64,000 nt of DNA, from positions 89,094,001-89,158,000 of the forward strand of contig OX597817.1 of the NCBI GenBank assembly GCA_951406725.2. The letters are read 5' to 3'. The position numbers and the translations under genes were made by a program. Shown here piece by piece: positions 1 to 14,300 of the stretch; the first letter of the stretch is position 1, and each line of letters opens with the position of its first letter. This DNA is from Octopus vulgaris (Eukaryota). The notes beneath the pieces were generated by a model. The model saw only the letters and a list, made by a program, of their open reading frames with translations, searched no databases and was not told where the DNA came from.

Positions 1-506
1 TGTGTGTGTGTGCGCGCGTGCGTGTGTGCGTGTATGTTTGTTTGTGTGAGCTTCTCTATAAACTTTCCGTTTGAAGGTTACATTTCTCTTATAATTGGAC
101 ATTACATCCAATTAATGGTATATTCTGGTGTTATGATATATCTTCCTTTCTCTCAAAGGATGTTACCCTCTCACCCCATATTCTCTCACTACAAATATAC
201 TATGTGTGAGTGTGTGTGTGTGCGTTCGTGCCACTATATATATATATATCCACACACACATGTATTTTTTGTACATATATGTGTGTGTGTGTACATATAT
301 ATATATATTTGAGCATGCGTGTTTATGTATGTGTATGTTAATTTATACGCGTATGCTTATATATGTGTATTTGTTTGTTTGTTTGTGTGTGTGTGTGTGG
401 GGGGGGGGTTAAGTGAGTGTTTTGTATGTTTGCATGCTTGTATGTATGTATGTATGTATGTATGAATGTATGTATGTACGTATGTATGTATGTATAATAG
501 ACTCAC

Positions 507-738
507 CGATCAAGAACGATGTAGGATCTCACGTTAACAAACATGAGGATACAGTAACACGGGCAACCCGAGGAGCGTGAAAACTCCTTTTATACTACAC
601 CTACTGTGTCCTCAAGTGATGAGACTGACGAAAGGATCGTATTTTATTATCACAGACGCGCTTCATACATCCTCCATCGCACTATCAACATTAAGCACTT
701 TCGAGATATAAATGAAAAATGGTTTGTTACTGTACAAA
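507..738 (-). other. Candidate spliced exon of a minus-strand host transcript (possible start codon at 544, MFVNVRSYIVLD...)
   Basis: Minus-strand donor CG|GTGAGT (506-501). Acceptor-like CTAATTCTTTGTTCAG ends at 739. Unique, non-repetitive sequence. No homology recognised. Confidence 0.3.
586..594 (-). promoter_or_regulatory. Possible TATA box (TATAAAAGG)
   Basis: Consensus TATA on the minus strand 50 nt upstream of an ATG and about 85 nt upstream of a GTGAGT donor. Alternative to the internal-exon reading. Confidence 0.25.
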
Positions 739-2663
739 CTGAACAAAGAATTAGTTTTTTGGTGTAGCACATTTTCGCAGACTCTACATCATTCTCTCAT
801 GTCTGTATCTCCTGAACTCCAGAACAGTGTGCAGAAGTGTCAGATATAATAGAGCTTTTCAGGGTAGTTAGAATTGTGTAACCCAAGCAGATCAATGCTG
901 ATATCTCTTTCCGCAATGGACATAATTATTCTTTTGCTAAAGTTTTTATATTAATACCACACATACATTCATATAACTTGCAGACATAAATTGGAATATA
1001 CGAAATAACATATGTAACCGCAATGTTATTTTAACAAATCACCAGCTGCCGTGATTGAAAATTTTGAGCGAGTTTACTTCTGCTTTGTTAGCAAAGGGCA
1101 AAGGTTGAAACTTTCCATGAGGTACACTTCTGGAAACTTTCCTAAGCTAATACCCACGCATGCGGACGCACACACATGCGCACAAATACACAAGTACAAA
1201 TATATATATATGTATATATACATATATACACATGTACATATATATGTTACAAACGTACGTACAAGATTACTTGCGCACGTATATACACATACAGATTCAT
1301 ACAGACACATGTATACACATACACACAGACACATATATGGATACAATATATCTGTGTGTGAGTGCGTGTGAGTGTGTTTCTGTGTGTACGTGTATGTGTG
1401 TTTGTGTGTATTTGTGTGTGCGCGCACACATTCATGTGTGTGTGTTTATGTGCGTGTGCGCGCACGTATTGTTTTTTAATTTCTCTGTGTGTACATTAAG
1501 ATCAGTTTTTTTTGTTTTTACTTCTTATTTAAAATTGTTGAATGATAGTGTATGACTTGGAACATATATTTGAGGTAGAGGTCATGTGAATTTGATTCAT
1601 TCTTAAATGCCTTTACTGTATCTCACAACGCTCATGAAATGCTGCTAGCCTCTCCTTAGTCTCTGTATTCCAAATATACCCTGAAAGAGCTGCGGTGTAT
1701 TTTTAGGTAGCAATGTTAGAACAAATAGTTGTGCTAGTGCAGGTAACTCTTCAAGAAATTCACTGTAATCTTATCTAGTTTACTGATGTGCTGCAGGTGG
1801 TGACATCTGCCCAGTAATTATTTTACGTTTGTTTTCAGTAGTATTGCATTGCGGTTATTGATGACTTTAGACATTTTTCACTCAACTGTATTTCACATTT
1901 AATGTTGTTCTTGTATGGCCGATATAGAAATGATTTCAAATGAAAGAGCAAATGATTTGCAGTGTGTGTTTATACACCAAAATTGAACTGTCAGTTATGT
2001 CATATAAAATTTCTTTTCCTAATATTTTTAGGAATGTTGTTTAGGAATGGTGTTGGTGAGAGCTTATTTTTTCTTAGTATCGGCTAGTGACAGTCCGTTG
2101 CTGTAAGCGTGATTGCACTTATCCTCTTGATGTGATGGATGGCTGGATTCCGTGTGGCTGTGCAATGAACGCTACTGAGTTCCTTGAAAGGCTCACGCGA
2201 TTTCGTGTTTATTTAATTCTGACGCCCTGGAAATATACCTTCCGAAGAGTTACTTCAAACAATACAGCTGTGGGTTTAAAGCGGAATTTCAAGAATTTTG
2301 ATGTCCCCATGGGAATTTTTGTCCATGCCTAATGATGCAGATTGCTAGGCTTGTTCCTGATCTACGAAATGGAGAGCTCTTTTAATTGAGTCAGTATGTA
2401 CAGAGATGATGGTTTCATGATTCTAAAAGTGTGAATTGGCGCGTAGCTGGCACCTCAGGATACAAAAATATTACAACATTCAAGAAATTCAACTTCCTGG
2501 ATGCCAAAAATACAATCTAAGAATTATATCAAGACCTGCCAAAAACTGACGTTAAATATATGCAAATGTATTTGCGTAGGTCTATGTGTATTTCTGCGTG
2601 CGCGCTTGTGTGTGTGTGTGTGTGTGTACACACATACACACACATATATATAATATATACACT

Positions 2664-2725
<62 letters not shown>

Positions 2726-2751
2726 CACACACATATAGGCATGTATATGTA

Positions 2752-2822
<71 letters not shown>

Positions 2823-3145
2823 GTCATATGTGGTGTATGTGTGAGTGTGGGAAGAGTACACTGCTGCTGGATAATAAATGGAATGGTCATGGCAGAAACG
2901 TCTTTCGTCATAGGTCAGTCGAACAGCGCTGATCTGGGGTTAAACAACAGCATCTTTCTCTTTGTTTCTGTTTCTTTCTTCTTGTCTCTTTCGCCCGTTA
3001 ACGCGCGTGCGGCGCGCACACACACACAACTCGCGACGTATATACGCATTGGTTTCAAATTTTGGCCAGTAATTTCGGGGGGGGGGGGGTAAGTCGATTA
3101 CAACTAGTTTTATCGACTTCGAAAGAAAGAAAGGCAAAGTCGACT

Positions 3146-3711
3146 TCTTTGAAAGAAACCAGGGAATTGAAATGCCAACTGGACAAACAATGAGAGCGAT
3201 TGAGATAGGACAGTGGTATAAATACTTGGGAATACAGGAAACAGACAAAATAAGAAATGAAGAAATGAAACAAATGAGCTGTAGGGAGTACATAAGGAGA
3301 GTAAGAAAATTATTGCAGTCAAAGCTGAATTCCAAAAATCCTATTGAAGCAATGAATTCAAGAGCAGTACCCTTAATCAGATACAGAGTTGGAATTATAG
3401 ACTGGAGCAAAAACGATATAAAGAAACTTGACAGCAAAACTAGAAAGTTGTTGATAATGTATGGAGTCTACCGACCGAAAGCTGATATCAACTGGCTGTA
3501 CTTGAGGAGAGAACAGGGTGGAAGAGGCTTAACAGCAGTAGAAGAATGTGTGCAGATGGAAAGAAAAAGCCTAGTAGAGTATTTACGGAGCAGCACAGAA
3601 AATCTACTAAAGACAGTAAATAAAGATCAGGTGCTCAAGCGCAGGAAAAAAGGACAAGAATGAAATACAAAGAAAGCATGTCAGACGGATTGAAGAGAAA
3701 CTACTGCGTGG
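3146..3711 (+). mobile_element. R4/Dong-clade non-LTR retrotransposon fragment (RT thumb region), lying between two halves of a SINE
   Basis: ORF 3172-3663 has YKYLGI...RVRKLLQSKLNSKN...IIDW...LDSKTRKLL...LYLRREQGGRGL, typical of R4/Dong RT C-terminus. SINE pieces at ~3049-3145 and ~3712-3756. Confidence 0.85.
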
Positions 3712-3810
3712 CCAATTTTGCCCGGCGTGTTAACGATTTTGTCATCTTGCCGCCTTAATAATAATAATAATAATAATAATGATGATGATGATGATGATGA
3801 TGATAATAAT

Positions 3811-3936
3811 TTCTAAAACCTGAAATTTGGGGGGAGGGGATTATTCGATTACATCGACCCTAATGTTTAACTGGTACTTATTTTATCGATTCTGAAAGGA
3901 TGAAAGGCAGAGTCGACCTCGGCGGGATTTGAACTC
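3811..3936 (-). mobile_element. SINE family A fragment
   Basis: Reverse complement of GAGTTCAAATCCCGCCGAGGTCGACTCTGCCTTTCATCCTTTC...ATAAGTACCAGTT, shared with more than 10 copies in the window. Confidence 0.85.
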
Positions 3937-4030
<94 letters not shown>

Positions 4031-4091
4031 GTAACAACAACAACAACAACAACAACAACAATAATATTAATAATAATAATAATAATAATAA
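3937..4091. repeat. (AAT)n/(AAC)n microsatellite
   Basis: Direct reading. Confidence 0.95.
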
Positions 4092-4237
4092 GAATCAGAA
4101 TCAGAAAAGTATTAGATAACTGAAAAGAACGAATAGCATGGCTGCAGGTAGTAAGCCCGCTACGCATGTAAGACTTCAGGAGCTCCAACAAAACCTATGA
4201 TAAAGAGAAAATAATGATGATGATGATGATAATAATT

Positions 4238-4485
<248 letters not shown>

Positions 4486-4487
4486 CA

Positions 4488-4555
<68 letters not shown>

Positions 4556-7315
4556 ACGTAGGAAAACAGAGCGGGATTTAGTTAGAAAACTAGACGAGGC
4601 TCTTGAGGCAGGCATCGCAACCGACGTGTTGGCGGCTAGGTTGGCCCTCGATCAACACTTTGACGCCAAACACGAAAGCTGCGTTGTCAGAGGTAAGGCG
4701 CGTTCGCTAAGCGGGGAGGGGACTAAGGCCGCTTGATGGGTCCGCATGGTGGAGGCGAAGCGTGGCAACAAAGCGACCAATCTGTCTTTGGTGGACCAGA
4801 ACGGGCGCGAGGTTTCCGAACCGAAGCAGATGTGCGGTGTTTCAGCGGCACTTTGCTCAACTGTTTGGGATGAACGGTGGCACGGACAACTGGACAGACT
4901 TCGGTGTGTACCTGGACGGCCTACCGCAACTCTCGGACAGCGAGGCGGAGTGCTGCGAAAGACCGATATCTGCCTGGGAAGTGGAGGAAGCAATGAAGAG
5001 CTGCACGAGAGGCAGATCGCCGGGTTTAGATGGTCTGCTCTACTCTACGAGCTTTACACTTCAATGCCAGACTTGTTTGCGGGCTTCTCGGCAAACGTCT
5101 ACTGCAACTGGTAACAAAACGGGAGAATTCCTGCTTTTGTTTGTCGAGGAGTGGTGGATTTTCTGAGAAAGGACCCAAACAAAGGGGGTGTTATAGGGAA
5201 CTTTAGGCCCATCACTCGGCTCAATGCAGAGTTGAAGATTTTGGCCAAGGTGCTAGCCAAGAGATTGGCGCTTGTCGTGGACAAGCAGATTGGTAAGGCG
5301 CAGACATGCGCCGTGCCGACCAGGTCGATACACGATAATCTCCATCTCATGCGCTACATCATAGAGAGGGTGGGTGACGACACTGGCGCGGGTGGGGCTT
5401 TGATCAATTTAGATCAGAGTAAAGCCTTCAATAGGGTCGACCATCGATACCTGGCAGCTGTTCTCAAGGCAGCCGGTTTGTACAGCAACATCTGCTCGGT
5501 GATACGGGTGAACGGTCACCTTTCGGAGCCGTTTGACATCTCGCGTTCGGTTCGCAAAGGATGCCCTCTCTCCTCCCTCTTGTACATATTGACTCTCGAG
5601 CCATTACTGCGCAAGTTGGAGGCTTTGAGGGGTATCCCACGTGATCTAGGAGATGGAAACAGCGTGTCTGCCTATGCCGATGACGTCTCCATGATGGTGT
5701 GCCTGTGGATCGCCACAGGCACATTGACCTGATTAGCGAGACACTAAACGAGTACGAAGCGGTGACAGGTGCAAAGATTAACGCGGAAAAGTCCGTGGGC
5801 TTGCAACTGGGCACCTGGAGAGGGAAGTCCATGCCGTCCAACAGTGTCGTAGGGCGCTGGACAGACGGACCCGTTAAACTGCTCGGGGTCTGGTTCGGTC
5901 CAGACCTCCAGGTGGATAAAAACTGGGAAGAGGTGACGAACAGGGTGGCCAATCCTCACCCAGAAATGGGCCGAGAGGAAGCTGTCACTGAAAGGTCGAG
6001 CGGAGGTGGCGAATGCGTACATCGCATCCGTCATCTATTACCGATTGACCGTCGTCCCTTGTCCCGACTGCTGGTTGGCCAAGCTGGTGCGCTTGCTCTT
6101 CGACTTTTTGTGGAAGGGTCAGGTACTACTGGTCAGGAGATCCATCTACTGTCAACGGCCGCTGAACGGAGGCCTTGGAATGCCGTGGTTACTGATGCGC
6201 AGACATGCGCTCAGGCTACGGCATCTCAAGTGTTTCCTAGACGGTGAACAGGTGTGGTCATCTTTTGTCAGACGCGACTTTCCGCAGCTCGTCTCTTTGA
6301 CAGAGTTGCAGTCTTGGATCAAACGCAGACCGAGACAGGGCGCTTGGCACCTCGAGTGCCGTCAAGCTCTCTCCGCCCTCCACCAAGCGGGCAATGCGAT
6401 CGGTGGTGGTTCCACTCTAGCGTTCTATAGAGGGTTAGTGGAAGAAAAGTTCGACGACGTTCTCGTGGAAACTCTAGGCGTTGACGATAACGAGCTAAAC
6501 AGTCTGTTCGGGAGAAATTTCGGGCCGGGGCCAATGGATAATTTCCAAAGGTCTCTCGCCTGGCAGTGCTACCGAGGGGCTCTGCCTGTTTGGGATAAAC
6601 TCTACTGGCACGGAAGTGCCGTCAGACGGGCCTGCCTGAGGTGCGCCCAGGACGATGAAACCGTTCTGCATGCACTCGTCTAGTGCCCGAGTATTGTTGA
6701 ACTATGAGTTTATGTCGAACAGCTACTGTCGCGTATAGGACGGATCCAGCTACCAGCTGAATCCATAGTGAGGATTGCCCCGCCGACCTCCTTTAACCGG
6801 GAGGGCAAGGTAGTTTTCCTTTGCCTAGTGGCTGTAGCGAAAGAGGTGATATGGTGGACCCGTTTGAAAGGGCTAAGGTCAGACACTTTCCTCTTTGGCC
6901 AAGGCCTCATCAACTTTTTCAAGTTTCACTTGAAAAGGAAGAGGAGAGTAGAGAGGGAAGTGATGTCTGGTAGCAAGTTTATTGCAAGATGGGTGAATGT
7001 CGCAAGAATGGCCAGTATGAACGGACCAATTCTGAGGATACACCTGTGAAAATTAAAAGGAAATATAAAAGGAGAAAGGGGCTCTCTACCCCCTTTTGAC
7101 CAGGCTCCCGTTGGCTTTTATGGTTTTTTCCACGAGTAACCTTTCGAAGCGCCTCCTCCTATTAAGAGTTTTAATTGTTACTTATATTTCGTTGTTATCT
7201 TGCTTTTGAACACGGACTTTTTTGAAACGGACAAAACCCTTTGTAACTTTCGTCCTGTGTTTTGTCCCTTTATGTTTTAATTGATTTTTGTTAGCCCTTG
7301 TGGCCAATAAACGAA
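4556..7315 (+). mobile_element. 5'-truncated Tx1/L1-group LINE with frameshifted ORF2 (RT plus CCHC knuckle), inserted in a (TTA)n tract
   Basis: Motifs SPGLDGL, NFRPITRLNAELKILAKVLAKRL, LDQSKAFNRV, VRKGCPLS, AYADDV, KLLGVWFG, GGLGMP, CLRC...ETVLHAL. 3'UTR with AATAAA near 7306. (TTA)n on both sides (4385-4555, 7318-7375). Confidence 0.92.
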
Positions 7316-7318
7316 TTA

Positions 7319-7375
<57 letters not shown>

Positions 7376-7513
7376 TACTTTTAATCTGCATGCTTTTGTT
7401 AAAATCACTCGCCGAGACACGTACAGTATCTTTGGGCGAGTGAAGATAAGAGATGTTACAGTATGACTGAAAGCTTGGGGAGGGGAAGTGGCAGGGGCAG
7501 TAGCGAAATATCT

Positions 7514-8625
7514 TCATGTAATACAACAGATACATTTAAATTGACAGGGTTTTCTGAGGATGTGGGCAGTACTTGTCAGCACAATATTTTGGATTTCTCT
7601 GAGACATGGTTCTCCTGGGATATTATCTATATGTTTCTGACATCCCTTTCTTATCATACCGAGGGCGTCCACAATAAAAGGAACAGTTATCACTTTAAGA
7701 TGCCACATCTTTTGTATTTCAATTTACAGACATATTTTTATCAGTAGTCTCCAAGTATTTTCTTTTCCGTCTTTAATGACTATGTCTGGTCGATTATCTT
7801 GGATCGTTCTGTCGGTGTCGACTGGAAAATCCCAGAGGATATTGACATTTTTACCTTCAACGACTGGCTCAGGATGATGTTCATACCAGTAAGAAGGAGT
7901 GCTGATTTTGTAGTGTTTACATATTTTTCAATGTAAATACTGTCCTCCCTTATCGTGGTGATCTTTGTATTCGTTTGGTGTCAGCACAGGACATCCTGAC
8001 ACGAGATGGTCTTTAGTTTCTTCAAATTTATCACAGATTCTGCATTTAGGGTCAGAACTGTTTTGAAGAACGTTAACCTGGTAGTTTTTGGTAAGCAAGA
8101 TTTGATCTTGTGCCGCCAATATGAAAGCTTCAGTCTTTGCTTTCAGTCCTGAGCTTCTCAGCCAGTGATGGGTTGTTGCTTGGTCTACATCAGCACTTCG
8201 GCTTCGAAGTATATACTATCCATGCAGAGGCTTCTGGCTCCACCGCTCCTCAATTTGTTTCTTATCATTCTTTTTTGCAGTCTGTTTGATCCATTTTGCT
8301 TTTTTTCTGTGGCAGTGGTTTCAGGTTCTTCATCTAATTCAGGATTAATGCCAACTTCCCTTGAGAATTTGTAAGCTTCCTTGACAATAAAATGTGACTT
8401 TTGCTGATTTCGTGTTTGCACGCAAGCCGCAGCATCCAGTCCTCTGTACTAGACTAGTACTTGTTCATCGCTATTGTGGAGGTCCTACAGCACAGTTCTA
8501 CCTGCATCATTCCTCTTTCCCCATTACTTCTAGGTAGGTACAAACGGTCAACGTCTGCTTTTGGGTGCTGCATTTTCTTGTCTTCCTGTCCAGGCGTTGG
8601 AGTTCTGTAAGATTCCATTTAATGA
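7514..8625 (-). mobile_element. R4/Dong-clade LINE 3' half (CCHC zinc knuckle plus restriction-like endonuclease), decayed
   Basis: Minus-strand peptides AAQDQILLTKNY...CRICDKFEETKDHLVSGCPVL, NRPDIVIKD and VPFIVDALG...TAHILRK. Truncated end abuts (TTA)n 8629-8970. Confidence 0.9.
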
Positions 8626-8628
8626 TGC

Positions 8629-8970
<342 letters not shown>

Positions 8971-9518
8971 CCTTATATGGCGAAACCAGTAGAACAATGA
9001 ACTAAATCTTTTTCCGTATTTAGGTACGGCCCGAATTCAAATTCCATTGGTTTGCTTCGAGTTAAAATCCCATTCAGGTTGACCTTGCTTTTCCTTCGGT
9101 TACCTTAAAATCAATTTCATCGGCTAAACTCCCTCATCATGTGCGGTCCATAACATTGTCATAAATCAATATTTATTTTTTTTTTGTTTCATCTATGCTT
9201 GAGTATTTGTCTGTTTGTCTGTCTGTCTGGTTGGTTTGGCTGGTTGGATGAGTGGCTGGTCGTATGGATGAGAGGTTGGATCAATGGTCGTAGAAGGCAA
9301 CTAAAGGAGTGTAAAAACATAAAGGCAATATACATAATAATGAATGACTAATGGAATTTAGCTGAATGAATTTATCTGATGCGCACAATACTAACGTGCG
9401 TGCACTCTCACACATATGCAACGCCCACACACGTACCTGAGCATACCTATACATAACCAATACAAATACGCACACGCCAAACTCTTACATATATTGTGCA
9501 TACTAAGTACATACTGGA

Positions 9519-9554
<36 letters not shown>

Positions 9555-9779
9555 CTCAGTCACTTTCCTTAGAATTAGTTAAGCACTGTAAAATGTTAGT
9601 AATTTGCAGTTATTCATTCAAGACAATTTGTAAGAACACACTTCACTTGTTCAGTTTTTCGGTCACTTTAATTTCCTACCTTCGGTTTAGGAAAAAAATG
9701 CCTTGTTTTATCTTCTCCTATGAGATTCACGTTACTCCGAGCTACTATTATATTCAAACCAACAAAATAGCCTTTAAAT

Positions 9780-10067
9780 CAGTGCTTCTTGGGGGTCCAT
9801 ATGGCCATTGGGAGTACATATGGCCTTTGGGGTCAATATGGTCATTGGGGCCCCATATAGCCTTTGGGGGTCCGGAGAAGATTTTGTTATTAAAATTTAT
9901 CTGCAATAAATTTATTATACTTCTACAATTCACAAAATATTTTCATAGTTTTTAATACAATTCCAAATAATATTTAATTTTTTAAAACATCGACTGGCTA
10001 GTAGGGTCCATCCAAGTAAAATATGAATCAAAGAGGTCCATAGGTAAAAAATGGTTGAGAAACACTG
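9780..10067. mobile_element. hAT-type MITE
   Basis: CAGTG...CACTG termini with a perfect 8-bp TSD CTTTAAAT (9772-9779, 10068-10075). Related copies at 39834 and 59608. Confidence 0.85.
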
Positions 10068-10299
10068 CTTTAAATAGTCGGTCGACCTAATAGAATCAGT
10101 AAGCAAATTTCTCTTATATCTACCTCGTTGTTTTAAACAAACTATTGATCCTTACCACGCCATCTTTCTATTGTTGCTCTTTTTCAATGCACATATCTCT
10201 TTCCGTTCCCTTTTCTTTGTTTCTTGGTTAGTGTATTAGTTTGTTAGTTAGTTACTTAGTTAATTAGTTTGATAGATAGATAAAAGCATGTGACAGTAT

Positions 10300-10331
<32 letters not shown>

Positions 10332-11277
10332 CAGATAGATAAAAGCATGTGATAGCATAAAAAAGAGGATGGTTAAATAAAAAAAAGAACTGATGGCTAT
10401 GACAGGAACACATTTGATCGCAGAAATACTTAATCAGGGCTAACCCTATGCTAAATAACAAGAGTCATAACTAGTGGTTACGCGAGTATAAAATCTCATT
10501 TTTTCCCACCAAAGATTGTGTGAAACAAGCGAAACTTTAGAACTAAATTCTGGGGCAAAATTCACGAGATATTTAAGATGCACACTGCATATAATGTTGT
10601 TCCTACTATATATAAATGTACAATTGTGCATAGATTTACGTAGCTCTATAGTGACATTTATTGAGCAATCTATAACAATTTACAAATAAAAAATATTTTG
10701 ATTACCAGGCATACTAATATATTTAAGCATACATACATACATACATACATACATACATACATACATACATACATACATACATGTGTGTGTATAACAAATA
10801 AGAGAAACAAAATAGAATTCTTGAGATTATTAATCACAACGATCGTTTCGACCCATCTTGAGATACGGATGAGATACTGGTTGTGGTGCTTCTTTTGGTG
10901 CATCAGTTTGGTGGTGAAAAAAATGAGACGAAAAAATGCTCTGAAACGGAAAAAATAAAACATTCTTAAAGAAACAGAATTACCTTTTTTTTTGAACCAG
11001 TTCATTTGTGTTCGGTCAGTTTCTGAACGTTTATCGTTCACAAACCCACAAACGAGGACATCCAAACAAATTTTCTACCATGAGGGCACTTACTAAATCA
11101 AATTTTCAATCATAAGGGCACTGGCTAAAAATTACCGTTTTTGAATTCAATAAGGTATCTGGATCGTGAAAATTTCTGAGAGTCATTGTCCTCTCGGTCA
11201 CTTTATAAATAAAAAATATTTTGATTACTAGGCATACTAATATATTTAGGCATACATACATGAAAACATACATCCAT

Positions 11278-11669
11278 ATGGAAATATGGAAGCACTCCGT
11301 CGGTTACGACGACGAGGGTTCCGGTTGATCCGAATCAACAGAACAGCCTGCTCGTGAAATTAACGTGTAAGTGGCTGAGCACTCCACAGACACGTGTACC
11401 CTTAACGTAGTTCTCGGGGATATTCAGCGTGACACAGAGAGTGACAAGGCCGGCCCTTTGAAATACAGGTACAACAGAAACAGGAAGTAAGAGTGAGAGA
11501 AAGTTGTGGTGAAAAAGTACAGCAGGGATCACCACCATCCCCTGCCGGAGCCTCGTGGAGCTTTAGGTGTTTTCACTCAATAAACACTCACAACGCCCGG
11601 TCTGGGAATCGAAACCGCGATCCTATGACCGCGAGTCCGCTGCCCTAACCACTGGGCCATTGCGACTCC
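11278..11669 (-). mobile_element. Full-length tRNA-derived SINE
   Basis: Head TGGCCCAGTGGTTAGG (A box) and GGTTTCGATTCCC (B box) on the minus strand. TSD ACATACATCCATA on both sides. Confidence 0.9.
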
Positions 11670-12268
11670 ACATACATCCATACTTACATAATACATACAT
11701 ACATGTGTGTGTATAACAAATAAGAGAAACAGAAAATAGAATTCTTGAGACTATTAATCACAACGATCGTTTCGACCCATCTTGCACCGGTCCCTCACGG
11801 ATGAGATACTGTACAACTGGTTGTGGTACATCTTTTGGTGCAGATGTCTTTCAAAAGGTACCTTGCTCAATAAACTTGGTTTCGTTTGGTTCTAGTATAT
11901 TGCATGTTATTATTTGCCTGTATCTGGTTGCATACAGTGATTCGTGGTTTGGAATGACAAAGAATGGATACAGTTACTTTTTTTTATATAGGTAATGGAC
12001 CAATATAAATAAAACACTTATATAAAATAAAAAAAAAATAAAAAAAAGATTTTGACAAGTATGCAATGAACTGATACTATTCTTACTCTGATAAAGATAT
12101 ATTAAATAAAGTCATAAAAAATGAGACAGTCTCGTAGAACACAAAAAGTACAGCGGCACTCCTGGGCGGTTAATTAGAATTATTCGAGCGGCTCGATTAT
12201 AATGTTTTATGGCTGTATACAAGAAAAAACGATCCCCACCTCATCTCTGTCTTATATATATATATAAA

Positions 12269-12465
12269 CGCCATGTTAGATCGTTAGCTCCTACACACAT
12301 TTTTTTCTCTCCTTGTTTTTTTTTCTGTGTATCTTTCTGTCGACGAGCGTAGGCTCGAAACGTAAAAGACTTGTTCTATTTCTATTCCTGAGCGCCATAC
12401 TAATACATTTGTTTGTTTGTACTCCACCTGCCTTCGTCTTTTGTTTATTTTCGTAAACCTTCCCG

Positions 12466-12467
<2 letters not shown>
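12269..12467 (+). mobile_element. (TA)n-anchored Penelope pseudo-LTR-like element, family F1
   Basis: Lies between two (TA)n tracts. Homologous to 51251-51440 (+), 55545-55708 (-), 60630-60692 (+, tail only) and 61200-61690 (-). Contains a minimal HHR. Confidence 0.75.
12332..12369 (+). ncRNA. Minimal type I hammerhead-like motif (F1, A6U core)
   Basis: TCTTT-CTGTCGA-C-GAGC gtag GCTC-GAAA-CG-TA-AAAGA. Stem I 5 bp, stem II 4 bp, palindromic ACGT stem III. Confidence 0.65.
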
Positions 12468-12518
<51 letters not shown>

Positions 12519-13055
12519 AGATAAAATTGCGTCTAGCGGCATAATGCATTAACTATATACAGTTACTACTCTACGTTGTGAATATTATAAATAGAAGAAT
12601 ACATGCTAATATGAATGTAGAAATCCCATTTACAGCGTTATTTGCTTCGAGATCCACCGTTCCATAGGAGATCTATATACACACAAACATATACATGTAA
12701 GGTATATATACAAGTATACAGATAAGTATAAGTTTGTTTGTATGTGCGTGTGTATATACGTGTGCGAATGTGTACCATTTATAGCAAGCTTTCACCGGAA
12801 AATGCTCACTTTCTACACCGGCTGAAGAAACAAATTGACACAGAAACACCTAGATGTCCTCGAAGAGTGATAAATATACCCATATATTTTCTTTACATGG
12901 CAACATTTGAGATTCATTCTCGCCATTGTATTCCACATACGCAAATGGTCATAGCCACAACAAATATCTAATTAGTTCAGTGAATAACTCGAATTAGTTA
13001 CTGAGTACTCTCAGTCAAACGAAGTAAGGATGGGCCTTTGTTACCTAGTTACCAC

Positions 13056-13155
<100 letters not shown>

Positions 13156-13299
13156 GTCTATCTATCTGCCTCTCAGTCAGTCTGTCTGTCTGTCTGCCTG
13201 TCAGTCTGCTTATGTCTGTCTGTATATCTCTGTCTGTCTGTGTGCCTGTCTGCCTATCTGTCTGTCTATCTCTATGTATGTATGAATGTATGTATGGAA

Positions 13300-13401
<102 letters not shown>

Positions 13402-13747
13402 CTGTTTATCTCTCTCTCTCTCTCTCTATCTCTGTTTATATATATATATCGATCTTACCAATCTAACAAAGGAACAGATCGAGGGGAACATAAAGAGATA
13501 GATGCATCTATGCATTACGCATTGAAAAAAAGGCATCAATAGGAAAGAGGCGTAGTAGGGGTCAATTGCTGTTGGGCTGAGTGCTGTGTTGACTGCGCAG
13601 GACAAGTTAAAGAATGTGAGTGGCTGAGACTGTGCTTTGTATCTCAACAATAACTGATGACTTGTAAGTAGAGGAGACCTTACGGCCGGTGGCAATGACC
13701 TGTCTGCATTAGTGTAAGTGTGTGTGTGTGTGTGTATGTGTGTGTGT

Positions 13748-13797
<50 letters not shown>

Positions 13798-13944
13798 ATG
13801 TATGACCGTCTTTGTATCTTTCTGCGCGTCCGAATATATGTGTGTATTTGTATGTGTGTACGTGTGTGTACACTGTACTGATTCACTACCATCCACAACT
13901 CTCTCTGTTTCTCTCTCTTACTCCTACAATACTCCACCAGGACC

Positions 13945-14241
13945 GCTGCCGCCACCAACACCAGCAGCAGCAGCAGCACCACAACCACCAAATCTTTCAC
14001 CTCAACCACTGATACAATCACCAGCACAACCATCACCACATCCATCACTACAATTATCACCACGACCATAGCCACAACCACCATTCGAACAATCACCACC
14101 ACCACCACCACCACCAGCACTACCAGCACCACCAGCACTACCATCACTAGCTCCACCACCACCAACACCACAACCAGCACCACCCACCACCAGCAGCAGC
14201 ACCACCACCAGCACCACCACCACCAACACCACCACCAGCAC

Positions 14242-14273
<32 letters not shown>

Positions 14274-14300
14274 CCACCACCACCACTAGCGCAACCATTA
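13945..14300. repeat. Degenerate (CAC/CAG)n trinucleotide repeat
   Basis: Direct reading. Confidence 0.85.

Noticed and set aside
1560-2520. Unique sequence with plus-strand splice-like signals and ORF 2087-2332
   Set aside because: No recognisable homology or consistent reading frame.
11590-11669. tRNA-like A/B-box sequences (also 18620-18680, 35598-35665, 39232-39305)
   Set aside because: They are SINE heads continuing into SINE bodies, two of them with clear TSDs. Not tRNA genes.
13654-13700. CTGATGA core match
   Set aside because: No downstream GAAA, stem II or stem I partner.
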